Of a stretch of DNA of 64,000 bases, positions 1-8,089 are shown piece by piece (position 1 is the first letter of the stretch; each line of letters opens with the position of its first letter). The DNA is from Methanobacteriota archaeon (GTDB lineage Archaea; Thermoplasmatota; Thermoplasmata; SG8-5; DAIRED01), in assembly GCA_043799545.1 (NCBI GenBank), contig JAZDNO010000029.1, forward strand, positions 20,668 to 84,667, read 5' to 3'. Both the position numbers and the translations under genes were made by a program. The notes below the pieces were generated by a model that did no database searches, had not been told where the DNA came from, and saw only the letters and a list, made by a program, of their open reading frames with translations.

Positions 1-1546
1 AACGGTATGCTTTTGGCTTGTCCGAAGTCATGGAGAAGTGCCTCGCCAGCTCGTAGGCGGCCTCGTCCAGCCGCCCGTCGTATGCCCGCTCGTAGTGCTC
101 GCCCAGTCCCTTGTGGTAAACGCTCTTCCAGCGCGGAACGATGTTCCCGTATATGGCATCCCTGTAGAATGCGTGCGAGAACTCTCCCGCGCCAGATTCA
201 GAGATGAGGACAATCCCCGCCTCCCTCAGCTTTTCCAGGGCCATCGGCGAGTCCTTAAGGGAGCGCATCGAAAGCGCGGCAGACACATGGAATTCCTTTC
301 CGGCGCAAGAAGCGTACTCGGCGAGGGCAATGGCGTCGGGGTCAAGGGAGTCCAGACGGCGCTGCACAAGCTCGTCCACCGTCTTTGGCAGCGGTGTGTC
401 TGCGAAGAGCAGGCTGTATCTTCCCTCTGAAAGGCGGATGTTCCCGTCTGCAAGCATCTGCCGCAGCACCTCCGTCAGGAAGAAGGGGTTGCCCTTGCAT
501 TCCAAGGCCATGCGAGATGAAAAACCCAGCGGGAAATCGTTCGGGGAGAATTCCTTGGTCAGAAGGGCGGAAACGGCATCCGCGCTTATCCCGCGCAGAT
601 CAAATACCTCCGCCGCTCCTTCTAATGACAGCTCCTTCAGAGCCCCGTCTACCTTAGGAGACTCGGATTGCCTCGAGGTCGCCACGACCAACAGCCTGGC
701 CTGAGGCGCGTTCCGCGCCAGATAACCCAGGGCGTGCAGCGAACCTTCGTCGGTCCACTGGATGTCTTCGAGTACCAGCAAAACCGGACTCTGGCGCAAT
801 CGGCGCTGCAACCTCGTTAGAATCTGGTCGGCAATCCTCAACCGTTCCTTGTCGAGCTTCACCCCGGCAAGTTCGCGCCTGACGAGGAAGCGCGCGGTCG
901 CGAGTTTCTCTATCTCCCTCTGCACCGCCGTGACCGATTCCGTGCGCCCGCCCCAGGTTTGTAAAATCGTTCCGTACGTCTGGGCGATGCGCTTCGCGCC
1001 GGACTTCACAAAAGGCGCCATCTCCTGGTGCTCTGTCCCCTTGAAGAAGGCGACCAGGATGGCCGGACCCATCGATTCCATGACTATCTTCATCTCCCCG
1101 TACTCGAGCCTGCCGAGGGAGCCCTCTCCGCCGCCGAACGAGTCCTTGACGAAATTTTGGACCGCCGTCAGCATGCCAGCGAAGATGTCGGAGTCCACAT
1201 CCTCCGCGCCCTGTGGCACGGCTTTTGCCACGAGCAGGCCGCTCTCGTCTATCACTAGAATCTGGGCGAACGTAACGTGCTCCTCGCTCTGCACGAGGTC
1301 CTCGCCTAGAGATTTGCAGAAAGCCTCGTACGGGCGCGCGGAATCCTTCGAGAACACCCCCTGCACTACCTCGAACCCTTTGGATTTCGCGGCGCGTTGG
1401 ATTTCTGCGACAAGCCTGGTCTTGCCCACGCCCGGTTCGCCTACTATGGAGACCGTTCGCCCCTCGCCTCCGCTTGCAACGTCCATGATTGCCGAGATGC
1501 GCTCCATCTCGGCCTCGCGTCCGAAAATCCCCCAGTCACGAATCAA
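1..1546 (-). CDS. STAND/AAA_16 (MalT-like) NTPase with inserted Roadblock/longin-like domain; 3' end runs off the window (not in ORF track)
   Basis: Manual minus-strand translation: IFGREAE..GEPGVGKT (Walker A, ~1418-1441), LLVLEDIQWTD (Walker B, ~750-785), GNPFFL, FSHAFYRDAIY..HKGLGEHYE. Probable TTG start at 1546 after GAGG; alternative ATG at 1507. Confidence 0.85.
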   Translation of the reverse strand, partial: MIRDWGIFGREAEMERISAIMDVASGGEGRTVSIVGEPGVGKTRLVAEIQRAAKSKGFEVVQGVFSKDSARPYEAFCKSLGEDLVQSEEHVTFAQILVIDESGLLVAKAVPQGAEDVDSDIFAGMLTAVQNFVKDSFGGGEGSLGRLEYGEMKIVMESMGPAILVAFFKGTEHQEMAPFVKSGAKRIAQTYGTILQTWGGRTESVTAVQREIEKLATARFLVRRELAGVKLDKERLRIADQILTRLQRRLRQSPVLLVLEDIQWTDEGSLHALGYLARNAPQARLLVVATSRQSESPKVDGALKELSLEGAAEVFDLRGISADAVSALLTKEFSPNDFPLGFSSRMALECKGNPFFLTEVLRQMLADGNIRLSEGRYSLLFADTPLPKTVDELVQRRLDSLDPDAIALAEYASCAGKEFHVSAALSMRSLKDSPMALEKLREAGIVLISESGAGEFSHAFYRDAIYGNIVPRWKSVYHKGLGEHYERAYDGRLDEAAYELARHFSMTSDKPKAYR

Positions 1547-1669
1547 ACGAAACCTCGCACCCAGTAATGGTCATGTTGGGATTAATAACTGTCGCACGGC
1601 ACGGGCGAATGCGATTCGCCGCAGATGCCGGCGGCGCGACTATGGCAAACTCTTAATCCCCGTATACGG

Positions 1670-2947
1670 ATGAACCCTCAGATGTTGCTCTTCACCAATT
1701 GGCTCGGCAGTTTCCTCGTCGAGAATGGCCAGCTAACGGACAAGCGGCTCTTCCCGAAGGACGCCAGGGAGATAGCCCGCCGCCTGGCCGCCGTCCAGGA
1801 CTTCGAGGTTCTGCCCGAGGAGCTGGAGCTTTCGCGCGGGCTGGAAGGTCTGGAAGTCTCAGAGAAGCGGCTTGCAAAGCTGGGGAATTACATACGCCAG
1901 CCTGTTCCTTTCGTAGCGCCGGAGGAGCACGGGTTCGAAGCAAGGCTGCTGCACGAGGCGATGCTAATAGTGGCGAAGGAACGGACCCGCGCGGCGGTAG
2001 GTCCCGACGTGCACCTGATCCATGCGATAGACGCTCTGGACGAGCTGGCGAAGCAGCACAATTACCAGCTGGAGCGCCTCCGCGAATGGCACGGCGCGCA
2101 CTTTCCGGAATTCTCCGGCCTCGTCGGCGATGAGAGATACCTGGCGATGCTATGCGCGGGCCCCGAGCGCGAGCGCCTGTCTGTGGAACTCGGTCTCGAA
2201 GGGGAGAGCCTCGGAGCGGAGGCTTCGGAGGAGGACCTCGCAGCCATCAAGGAACTGGCCGTCGCCGCGAGCGGGACGATGAACGCCAGAAAATCCACGG
2301 AAGAATACATCCGTTCAAGGGCGCGCCAGCTTGCCCCGAACACGTCGGACGTCGTGGGAGAGCTTCTTGCGGCGAGGCTCATAGCTCTCGCTGGGGGGAT
2401 GGAGCGCCTGGCAAGGATGCCCTCAAGCACTGTGCAGGTGTTGGGAGCGGAGAAGGCGTTCTTCAAGCACATCAAGACCGGGGCGAGGCCGCCGAAGCAC
2501 GGAGCGATATTCCAGCACCCCCTGGTTCACCGCGCCCCCTACTGGCAGCGCGGAAAGGTCGCACGCGCTATGGCCGGCAAGATATCCATAGCTGCGAAGG
2601 TCGACTTCTACCGCGGAAAAATCGACGGTGGAGACCCGAACATTGGGAAGGACCTGGCGGCGGTGGTCGAGGCGCGGGCGAAAGCGGTTGGCAGGCAGTT
2701 CCCCGTGGCTCCGAAAAGGATGAGAATCATCAGGCAGGATACGAGGGGCGGAGGGCGCAACGAAGGGAGGCGCGGCGACCGTCAGGGCGGGAGGGGAAGT
2801 CACGACCGGGGCGGGCGCGGCAGGGGCGACAAGCACCGCGGCGTGAATTGGCGCGATGACCGGGGGGGCAGCGAACGCCCTATTGTCGGCAAGTCTGATG
2901 GTCATCCGGATTGGCAGAAGGGCAGAAGGATGAACAAAAGGCGTTGA
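1670..2947 (+). CDS. nop5: C/D box sRNP core protein Nop5 (Nop56/58 family) with RGG-rich C-terminal tail
   Basis: Nop domain motifs LARMPSSTVQVLGAEKAFFKH, PPKHGAIFQHP, RGKVARAMAGKISIAAKVD. Start taken at ATG 1670. Confidence 0.93.
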   Translation: MNPQMLLFTNWLGSFLVENGQLTDKRLFPKDAREIARRLAAVQDFEVLPEELELSRGLEGLEVSEKRLAKLGNYIRQPVPFVAPEEHGFEARLLHEAMLIVAKERTRAAVGPDVHLIHAIDALDELAKQHNYQLERLREWHGAHFPEFSGLVGDERYLAMLCAGPERERLSVELGLEGESLGAEASEEDLAAIKELAVAASGTMNARKSTEEYIRSRARQLAPNTSDVVGELLAARLIALAGGMERLARMPSSTVQVLGAEKAFFKHIKTGARPPKHGAIFQHPLVHRAPYWQRGKVARAMAGKISIAAKVDFYRGKIDGGDPNIGKDLAAVVEARAKAVGRQFPVAPKRMRIIRQDTRGGGRNEGRRGDRQGGRGSHDRGGRGRGDKHRGVNWRDDRGGSERPIVGKSDGHPDWQKGRRMNKRR

Positions 2948-2980
2948 AGTGCTGCCATTTGAGCCCGTAACAATTATCGT

Positions 2981-3079
2981 CTATAAGGCCGATAGAAACT
3001 CGTCGGTGGATATTTCCGAATCTCTGAGTATCGCCTTGAGCGTCCCTCGCGCAAGCTCTGAGTGGTTCGGAAAATTCAT
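2981..3079 (-). pseudogene. hicA: HicA-family toxin remnant (C-terminal half only)
   Basis: Manual translation MNFPNHSELARGTLKAILRDSEISTDEFLSAL* matches the HicA pattern P-x-H..L..GTL..IL...S.DEF. In-frame TAA just upstream removes the N-terminal half. Confidence 0.7.
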
Positions 3080-3231
3080 GGAGGCACATTAATATCATAA
3101 CGCTGGTGGATTAATTTATTGGTAGTACATTTAACCAGCCATTTCCAATCATTTTAATGAAACCATAAGGTATAACTGCACTTCGATAAAACCATGAGTA
3201 ACTCACATGTGACAAATTCATTTATATTCTG

Positions 3232-3948
3232 ATGCGCACAATATCTGACTTAATGCAGCCTCGAATCATAGTCAAAATCGCCCGATTGCTATTGGCATTC
3301 AGCATTACCGTGGCGCTCCTCCTCCCTGCGATAGACTGCGCGAAAGGTGAATCTGCGCGAACCGTCCTAATTAAAATCACCCAGGAAATCGACGGATGGC
3401 ACGTAACGTTCGGGGAGCCGACAATGCCTGTATCGCTGTCTGAAATTAATATGCGATACTATACGCCGTACAGCGGTTTTGGCAGCCAATTCAACTTGTA
3501 TACTTTAGAAGAACTCACCGCTCTGGATAATTCTACCATCTATGTAAAATATGTCCAGATAAATGAGGGGGCGAGTAATCTCACACAAGGGGATTACCTA
3601 TGGTTGAACTCTAATTATTTTTTCAATAATGATACTATTTGGCTCAATAACATTCACTCAGACCGCATTTCTTACCCCTGGATTTATCTGATAAACGATA
3701 CCTTGATGGTAATTTCCCTAGACCCGAATATCAATTATAACAACCGTTTGGCCGATTATTATGGAATGATAGGGGGCATCGTTTTCATTTGCGGCGCATC
3801 CCAGTTCGCCGTCGGGGTCCCCATCCTGCTACTGAAAAGAAAAACAGCGTACGATCGGTGGCTTCTGGCGCTGTGCCTGGCATCAATTTTGATGATGCTT
3901 TTCGGAGGTGCCCTACATTTCATTTCAATGACATCGTATTATACATGA
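3232..3948 (+). CDS. AT-rich hypothetical membrane-anchored exported protein
   Basis: 238-aa ORF with signal-like N-terminus, Asn-rich extracellular region (NLTQGDYLW) and two C-terminal hydrophobic helices; much lower GC than its flanks. Confidence 0.7.
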   Translation: MRTISDLMQPRIIVKIARLLLAFSITVALLLPAIDCAKGESARTVLIKITQEIDGWHVTFGEPTMPVSLSEINMRYYTPYSGFGSQFNLYTLEELTALDNSTIYVKYVQINEGASNLTQGDYLWLNSNYFFNNDTIWLNNIHSDRISYPWIYLINDTLMVISLDPNINYNNRLADYYGMIGGIVFICGASQFAVGVPILLLKRKTAYDRWLLALCLASILMMLFGGALHFISMTSYYT

Positions 3949-3995
3949 TTACACAAAGGAGTGCCATGTTCGTTACTCTCAATCAATTGATGGCA

Positions 3996-4802
3996 TTAAA
4001 CCAATTTTTCGACCTTCCAGGCAATTCCTTTCCCCGATTTTCGCGCGCTCAGCAAATCCCCGTTCCCCATCACGCGCCAGCTCCCCTTGCGCGACTTCTC
4101 GGACATGACCACGAGCTTCGTTTTTCCGGGCAGGTAGCACATGGTGTAGTATCCCTGGTCGCCCATGCACAGCGAATATGGCCGCTTCTTGGGTTGCGTG
4201 GAATACCTGCACCAGGCATAAAGCTCGTTCTCTCGCGCCAGCACGATATTCAGGCTCGTGAAAGGGCCCTCCTTCAGCGTGCAGCCATCCTCCAGACGCT
4301 TTTCGACGAGCTCCAACGCCTGTGCCACGTCTCCTTTCTCCTCGAAAGCCCTGATGAAGTGCCAGAAGTAAAGCTCGCTGTCGTTCGTGCCCTGCACAAG
4401 TTTCGCATATTTTCCCAGCGCCTTCTTCGCTCCTGCGGAGTCGTTGACCTGACCGTTGTGAACGAAGGCCCAGCCGTGTGCGCAGAAAGGCTGCACATTC
4501 TCCGGGACACGCAACTTAGCCTTGGTGAGATTCATCGGATTGCTCGCCCGGCGCAGATGCGCTAACCCGACGGAAGATTCAAGGCCACGCGCCACAGACT
4601 CGAATGCTGGGCGCTCGCGGTACGCGGCTCCTGTGCTGCGGACCCAGAACAGGGTATCAGACGGTGCGGCGAAGCCCCAGCCGTCAGCCTGGGGTTTCTC
4701 CTTCGCGGCGTTCGACTGGGCAAGGAGTGAGCAGGGGTCGCCAATTAGGAAACTTACGTAACGCGAGGGTTTTACAGATAGCGCGCCGAAGAGCCGGCAC
4801 AT
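3996..4802 (-). CDS. Class II (Ntn) glutamine amidotransferase, YafJ/EgtC-like
   Basis: N-terminal MCRL nucleophile Cys, DGWG, HLRRAS, NVQPF, FVHNG, GTNDSE. Confidence 0.88.
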   Translation of the reverse strand: MCRLFGALSVKPSRYVSFLIGDPCSLLAQSNAAKEKPQADGWGFAAPSDTLFWVRSTGAAYRERPAFESVARGLESSVGLAHLRRASNPMNLTKAKLRVPENVQPFCAHGWAFVHNGQVNDSAGAKKALGKYAKLVQGTNDSELYFWHFIRAFEEKGDVAQALELVEKRLEDGCTLKEGPFTSLNIVLARENELYAWCRYSTQPKKRPYSLCMGDQGYYTMCYLPGKTKLVVMSEKSRKGSWRVMGNGDLLSARKSGKGIAWKVEKLV

Positions 4803-4807
4803 GCAAT

Positions 4808-5860
4808 TCAGAGCCCCAGCGCCTTCGCCACATCCACGTTCTTCCGTATCCCCTTCTCGATTTGGGCAATCTTCGCTTCCTCCGTGGGCCTGACCTCCGG
4901 GACGATTCGCTCGACGAGCTTCGCTGTTGTGTATGTGTCGGTCTGGACCGAGAGAATCGGAACGCCGACCTCCTCTGCCTTTGCGAGTATGTTCGAATGC
5001 GGGACCACGCCGTTCGTGAGGATAATCCCCGAAGTGTTGCTCTCAAGGGCCAGAAGGATGAAGTCCACCCTGTCGCCGCTTGTGATGATTAGCTTGTGAG
5101 GCTCGTGGAACGCCCGCACTGCGATGGCGGACTCCGCGCTCATCGCCCCGACCCGCACCCTTTCGACAGCCCTCCCGAGCCCGCCGCCACCGGCCAGGAC
5201 CTTCGCGGAGAGCTTTTCCACGACAGTATCCATGGTCAGACGCCCTATCTCCGGCAGCTCGGGCACCATGCCGTAGATGTTCATGGAGAAATCGTCCTTG
5301 AGCGCATCGGCGGCCCAGCCCATCTTCTCGCTCCAGGCCGGAGATATCCGATTGATGATGACGCCGTTCAGTTTGATTCCAGCGTCGCTTGCGCATTCGT
5401 TGAAGACAGCGCATTTGTCATAGACTATGCCTGGGTCGCCGTCCGCGACAAGCAATATCTCTGCGTCCAGCGCGCGCGCTATTGAAATAGCATCCAGCCC
5501 CGCCCACCTGCCGTACGAGAAGTTGAACGCGCTCTCTACCAGAACGATGTCCCGGCCGGCAGAGACGGCTTTTAGGTGGCGCCTGAGCTCCTTGGACATG
5601 TCCGTCGTCTTGCTCTGCTTCCAAAGCAGCTCGTAATCGAATCCGAGGCAATGTCCCTCGGGGGCTCCGGGCGCGCCCAGAACGCTGCGGAAAAGGATGG
5701 CGTCGCTATCAAGAAGGTGTTTCTTTTTGTAGACCATCCTGTCGCCGAAAGGCTTCAGGTAACCGATTTTCACGCCAATCGAGGCGAGGGCGCAGCCCAG
5801 GCCCACCGTCGTCTTGCCTGCAGACGTTCTCGTCGAAGTCACGACCATGGTTTCGCTCAA
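4808..5860 (-). CDS. Phosphotransacetylase N-terminal-like protein (BioD-like P-loop plus DRTGG domain), no Pta catalytic domain
   Basis: SAGKTT P-loop, YLKPFG, VGAMS, ITSGDR..LALE..TSGIILT, VPILSVQTDTYTT. Overlaps the stop of the upstream acyl-CoA synthetase. Confidence 0.85.
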   Translation of the reverse strand: MSETMVVTSTRTSAGKTTVGLGCALASIGVKIGYLKPFGDRMVYKKKHLLDSDAILFRSVLGAPGAPEGHCLGFDYELLWKQSKTTDMSKELRRHLKAVSAGRDIVLVESAFNFSYGRWAGLDAISIARALDAEILLVADGDPGIVYDKCAVFNECASDAGIKLNGVIINRISPAWSEKMGWAADALKDDFSMNIYGMVPELPEIGRLTMDTVVEKLSAKVLAGGGGLGRAVERVRVGAMSAESAIAVRAFHEPHKLIITSGDRVDFILLALESNTSGIILTNGVVPHSNILAKAEEVGVPILSVQTDTYTTAKLVERIVPEVRPTEEAKIAQIEKGIRKNVDVAKALGL

Positions 5861-7983
5861 GTTTCCTCACCGCCTTCGTCTTTTAGAGTTATTCGAGCGT
5901 CAAGAACGACGCACCCCTTCCCTGCGTCGAGAACCATCAGCGGGTTGAGGTCCATCTCCAAGACGTCACGCAGGACATCCATCAGCCTGCCGACCTTGAA
6001 AATGGCCGATGCCGCGGACTCCACGTCCTTCGGGGGTTCGCCGCGAGCGCCGTAGAATATCGGTGCGCTCCTGATTCCCCGCACCATCGCCCTCGCCTCG
6101 CCCTCGCCGACTGGGGCCACCCTGAATGAGATGTCCTTCAGCACCTCGACGTATATCCCCCCCATCCCGAACATCACTACGTGGCCGAAGGCCGGGTCCG
6201 TCGAGCCGCCGACGATTGTCTCGACGCCACCAGTGACTTGCTCGCTGACCTGGATTCCCTGGATGGATGCGCCGGGGTAGCGCTGCTTGCACGAGGTCAT
6301 TATCGCTTCGTACGCTATCGCAACCTCTTTTGCATCGTCTATGTCAAGCTTCACGCCGCCAGCGTCGGTCTTGTGAACTATCTCCTTCGAAACGACCTTG
6401 AGGACGACTGGATACCCCATCGCTTCGGCCGCCTCGACGCACTCCGCAACGGTCCTGCAGACCTTGCTTCTAGGCTGGCGCAACCCGAGCAGCGATATGA
6501 CCTCGGAAACCTCCTGCGCAGAGAGCTGGGTTCGCTTCTCCGCCCGGGCATTTTTCACGATCGCCTTCGCGCGCCTGAGGTCGCAGTCGAAATCGCCAAC
6601 GGGCTCCTCAGGCTTGTTGATGAAGCGCCAGCGTTTGTAAAGCGCCCCTAGCGATGAGACTGCGTCGACGGGATTCTGGTACGCCGGGTGCCCGGAATCG
6701 TTCAGGAAATCGAGCGCGCCTTTGACCGGGCCGCCGCCGATCATGGAAAAGACGCACGGCTTGCCCGAGTCCGTCTCGCGAATCACCCGGTCCATGGTCT
6801 TCGCCAGGTTCAGGGAGTTTGCATCGACTGTCTCGCAGTAAAGGCTGAGTACGGAATGCACGACTTTCTTGTCCGAGAGTCCAATCCTCATCACGCGCTC
6901 GTAGTCCGCGTCGCGGGCCTGGCCCGTCATGTCGACGGGATTCTTCGTGCTTCCGAACGGCAGTATCTGTCCTCCGAAAAGCTTGTCCAGGTAGGGCTGG
7001 TCGTCGAGCAGCGTCACCTCCGAGCGCTCGCACGCGTCCGTCGCCAGCACGCCCATACCCCCCGCGTTTGTGATTATTAGCGTGCGCTCCCCCTTTGGTT
7101 GGGGCTGCGTGGCAAGAACCCTTATCCAATTGAATGCCTCGTCCAGGTCCGAAGCGCGTAGGATTCCGCACTGGAGGAACGCCGCGTCGAATATCGCGTC
7201 GCTGCCCGCGAGCGAGCCCGTGTGGGAGGCGGCGGCCCTTGCACCCTTCTGCGAGCTGCCTGACTTGACAGCGACGATAGGCTTCCTCTTGACCACGCGC
7301 TTCGCCACATCCATCAGGTCCCGGCCCCGCTTCGTCCCCTCAAGGTAAAGGAAGATGACCTTGGTGTGCGGGTCCGCGTCGAAATGCTGGATGAGCTCCA
7401 CCTCGCTCAGGTCGGATTTGTTGCCAAGGCTGACTATGCCGGAGAGGCCAATCCGCTCCTCGATTGTCTTGCCGATGAGGGCTATCCCGAGCGCCCCGCT
7501 CTGTGTTATTATGGCGATGTTGCCCTTCGCCACCTCCGCAGGACCGAACGTGCAGTTCAAATCGCTGGCGCGGGAGAAAAAACCGAAGACGTTTGGCCCA
7601 AGGATGCGCGAGCCGTACTTGCGCGCCGCCTGCACGACTTCCGCCTCTTCCTTTCGCTTGCCGATTTCCTTGAAGCCTGACGATATCACCACGATGAATT
7701 TGATGCCCTTGCGCCCGCAGTTCTCGACCTCATCCCGGACGCATGGAGCGGGTACTGCGACGACCGCCAGGTCAATGATCCCGGGCACATCAGCCACAGA
7801 AGGGTAGGACTTCTTCCCGTAAACATCCTCGGCGTTGGGGTTGATTGGGTAGACTTCCCCCTTGAAACCGTAGCCGACGATGTTGCGCACCAGGGTGTTG
7901 CCAATCTTCCCCGGAGTCCTCGACGCCCCGATGATCGCGACAGAACGTGGGCTGAACATCCTTTCCAGCAGCGATGCCGTCAT
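5857..7983 (-). CDS. acdAB: Acetate/acyl-CoA ligase (ADP-forming), fused alpha-beta subunits
   Basis: CoA-binding FSPRSVAIIGAS, ILGPN, SQSG-like TQSGALG, SHTGSLAG phospho-His, ATP-grasp GYPVVLKVVS..HKTDAGGV, DPAFGHVVMFGMGGIYVEVLKD. Confidence 0.93.
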   Translation of the reverse strand: MTASLLERMFSPRSVAIIGASRTPGKIGNTLVRNIVGYGFKGEVYPINPNAEDVYGKKSYPSVADVPGIIDLAVVAVPAPCVRDEVENCGRKGIKFIVVISSGFKEIGKRKEEAEVVQAARKYGSRILGPNVFGFFSRASDLNCTFGPAEVAKGNIAIITQSGALGIALIGKTIEERIGLSGIVSLGNKSDLSEVELIQHFDADPHTKVIFLYLEGTKRGRDLMDVAKRVVKRKPIVAVKSGSSQKGARAAASHTGSLAGSDAIFDAAFLQCGILRASDLDEAFNWIRVLATQPQPKGERTLIITNAGGMGVLATDACERSEVTLLDDQPYLDKLFGGQILPFGSTKNPVDMTGQARDADYERVMRIGLSDKKVVHSVLSLYCETVDANSLNLAKTMDRVIRETDSGKPCVFSMIGGGPVKGALDFLNDSGHPAYQNPVDAVSSLGALYKRWRFINKPEEPVGDFDCDLRRAKAIVKNARAEKRTQLSAQEVSEVISLLGLRQPRSKVCRTVAECVEAAEAMGYPVVLKVVSKEIVHKTDAGGVKLDIDDAKEVAIAYEAIMTSCKQRYPGASIQGIQVSEQVTGGVETIVGGSTDPAFGHVVMFGMGGIYVEVLKDISFRVAPVGEGEARAMVRGIRSAPIFYGARGEPPKDVESAASAIFKVGRLMDVLRDVLEMDLNPLMVLDAGKGCVVLDARITLKDEGGEET

Positions 7984-8059
7984 CGTCGCGAGGAAAACAC
8001 GGAGCGCTAATAAGTTTATCGGGGGCGGCTTTGAAAAATGGCTTGGAGAAAGAGAGGGC

Positions 8060-8067
8060 TTTTATAT
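8060..8067 (+). promoter_or_regulatory. TATA box for probable leaderless XPD transcript
   Basis: TTTTATAT ending 23 nt upstream of ATG 8090. Confidence 0.5.
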
Positions 8068-8089
8068 CGTCCGGCCATCGCGCATCCAT

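Noticed and set aside
762-1673. 303-aa plus-strand ORF in the track
   Set aside because: Antisense shadow of the minus-strand STAND NTPase, which has clear motifs.
3789-4565. 258-aa plus-strand ORF
   Set aside because: Antisense to the amidotransferase; no motifs; expected in GC-rich DNA.
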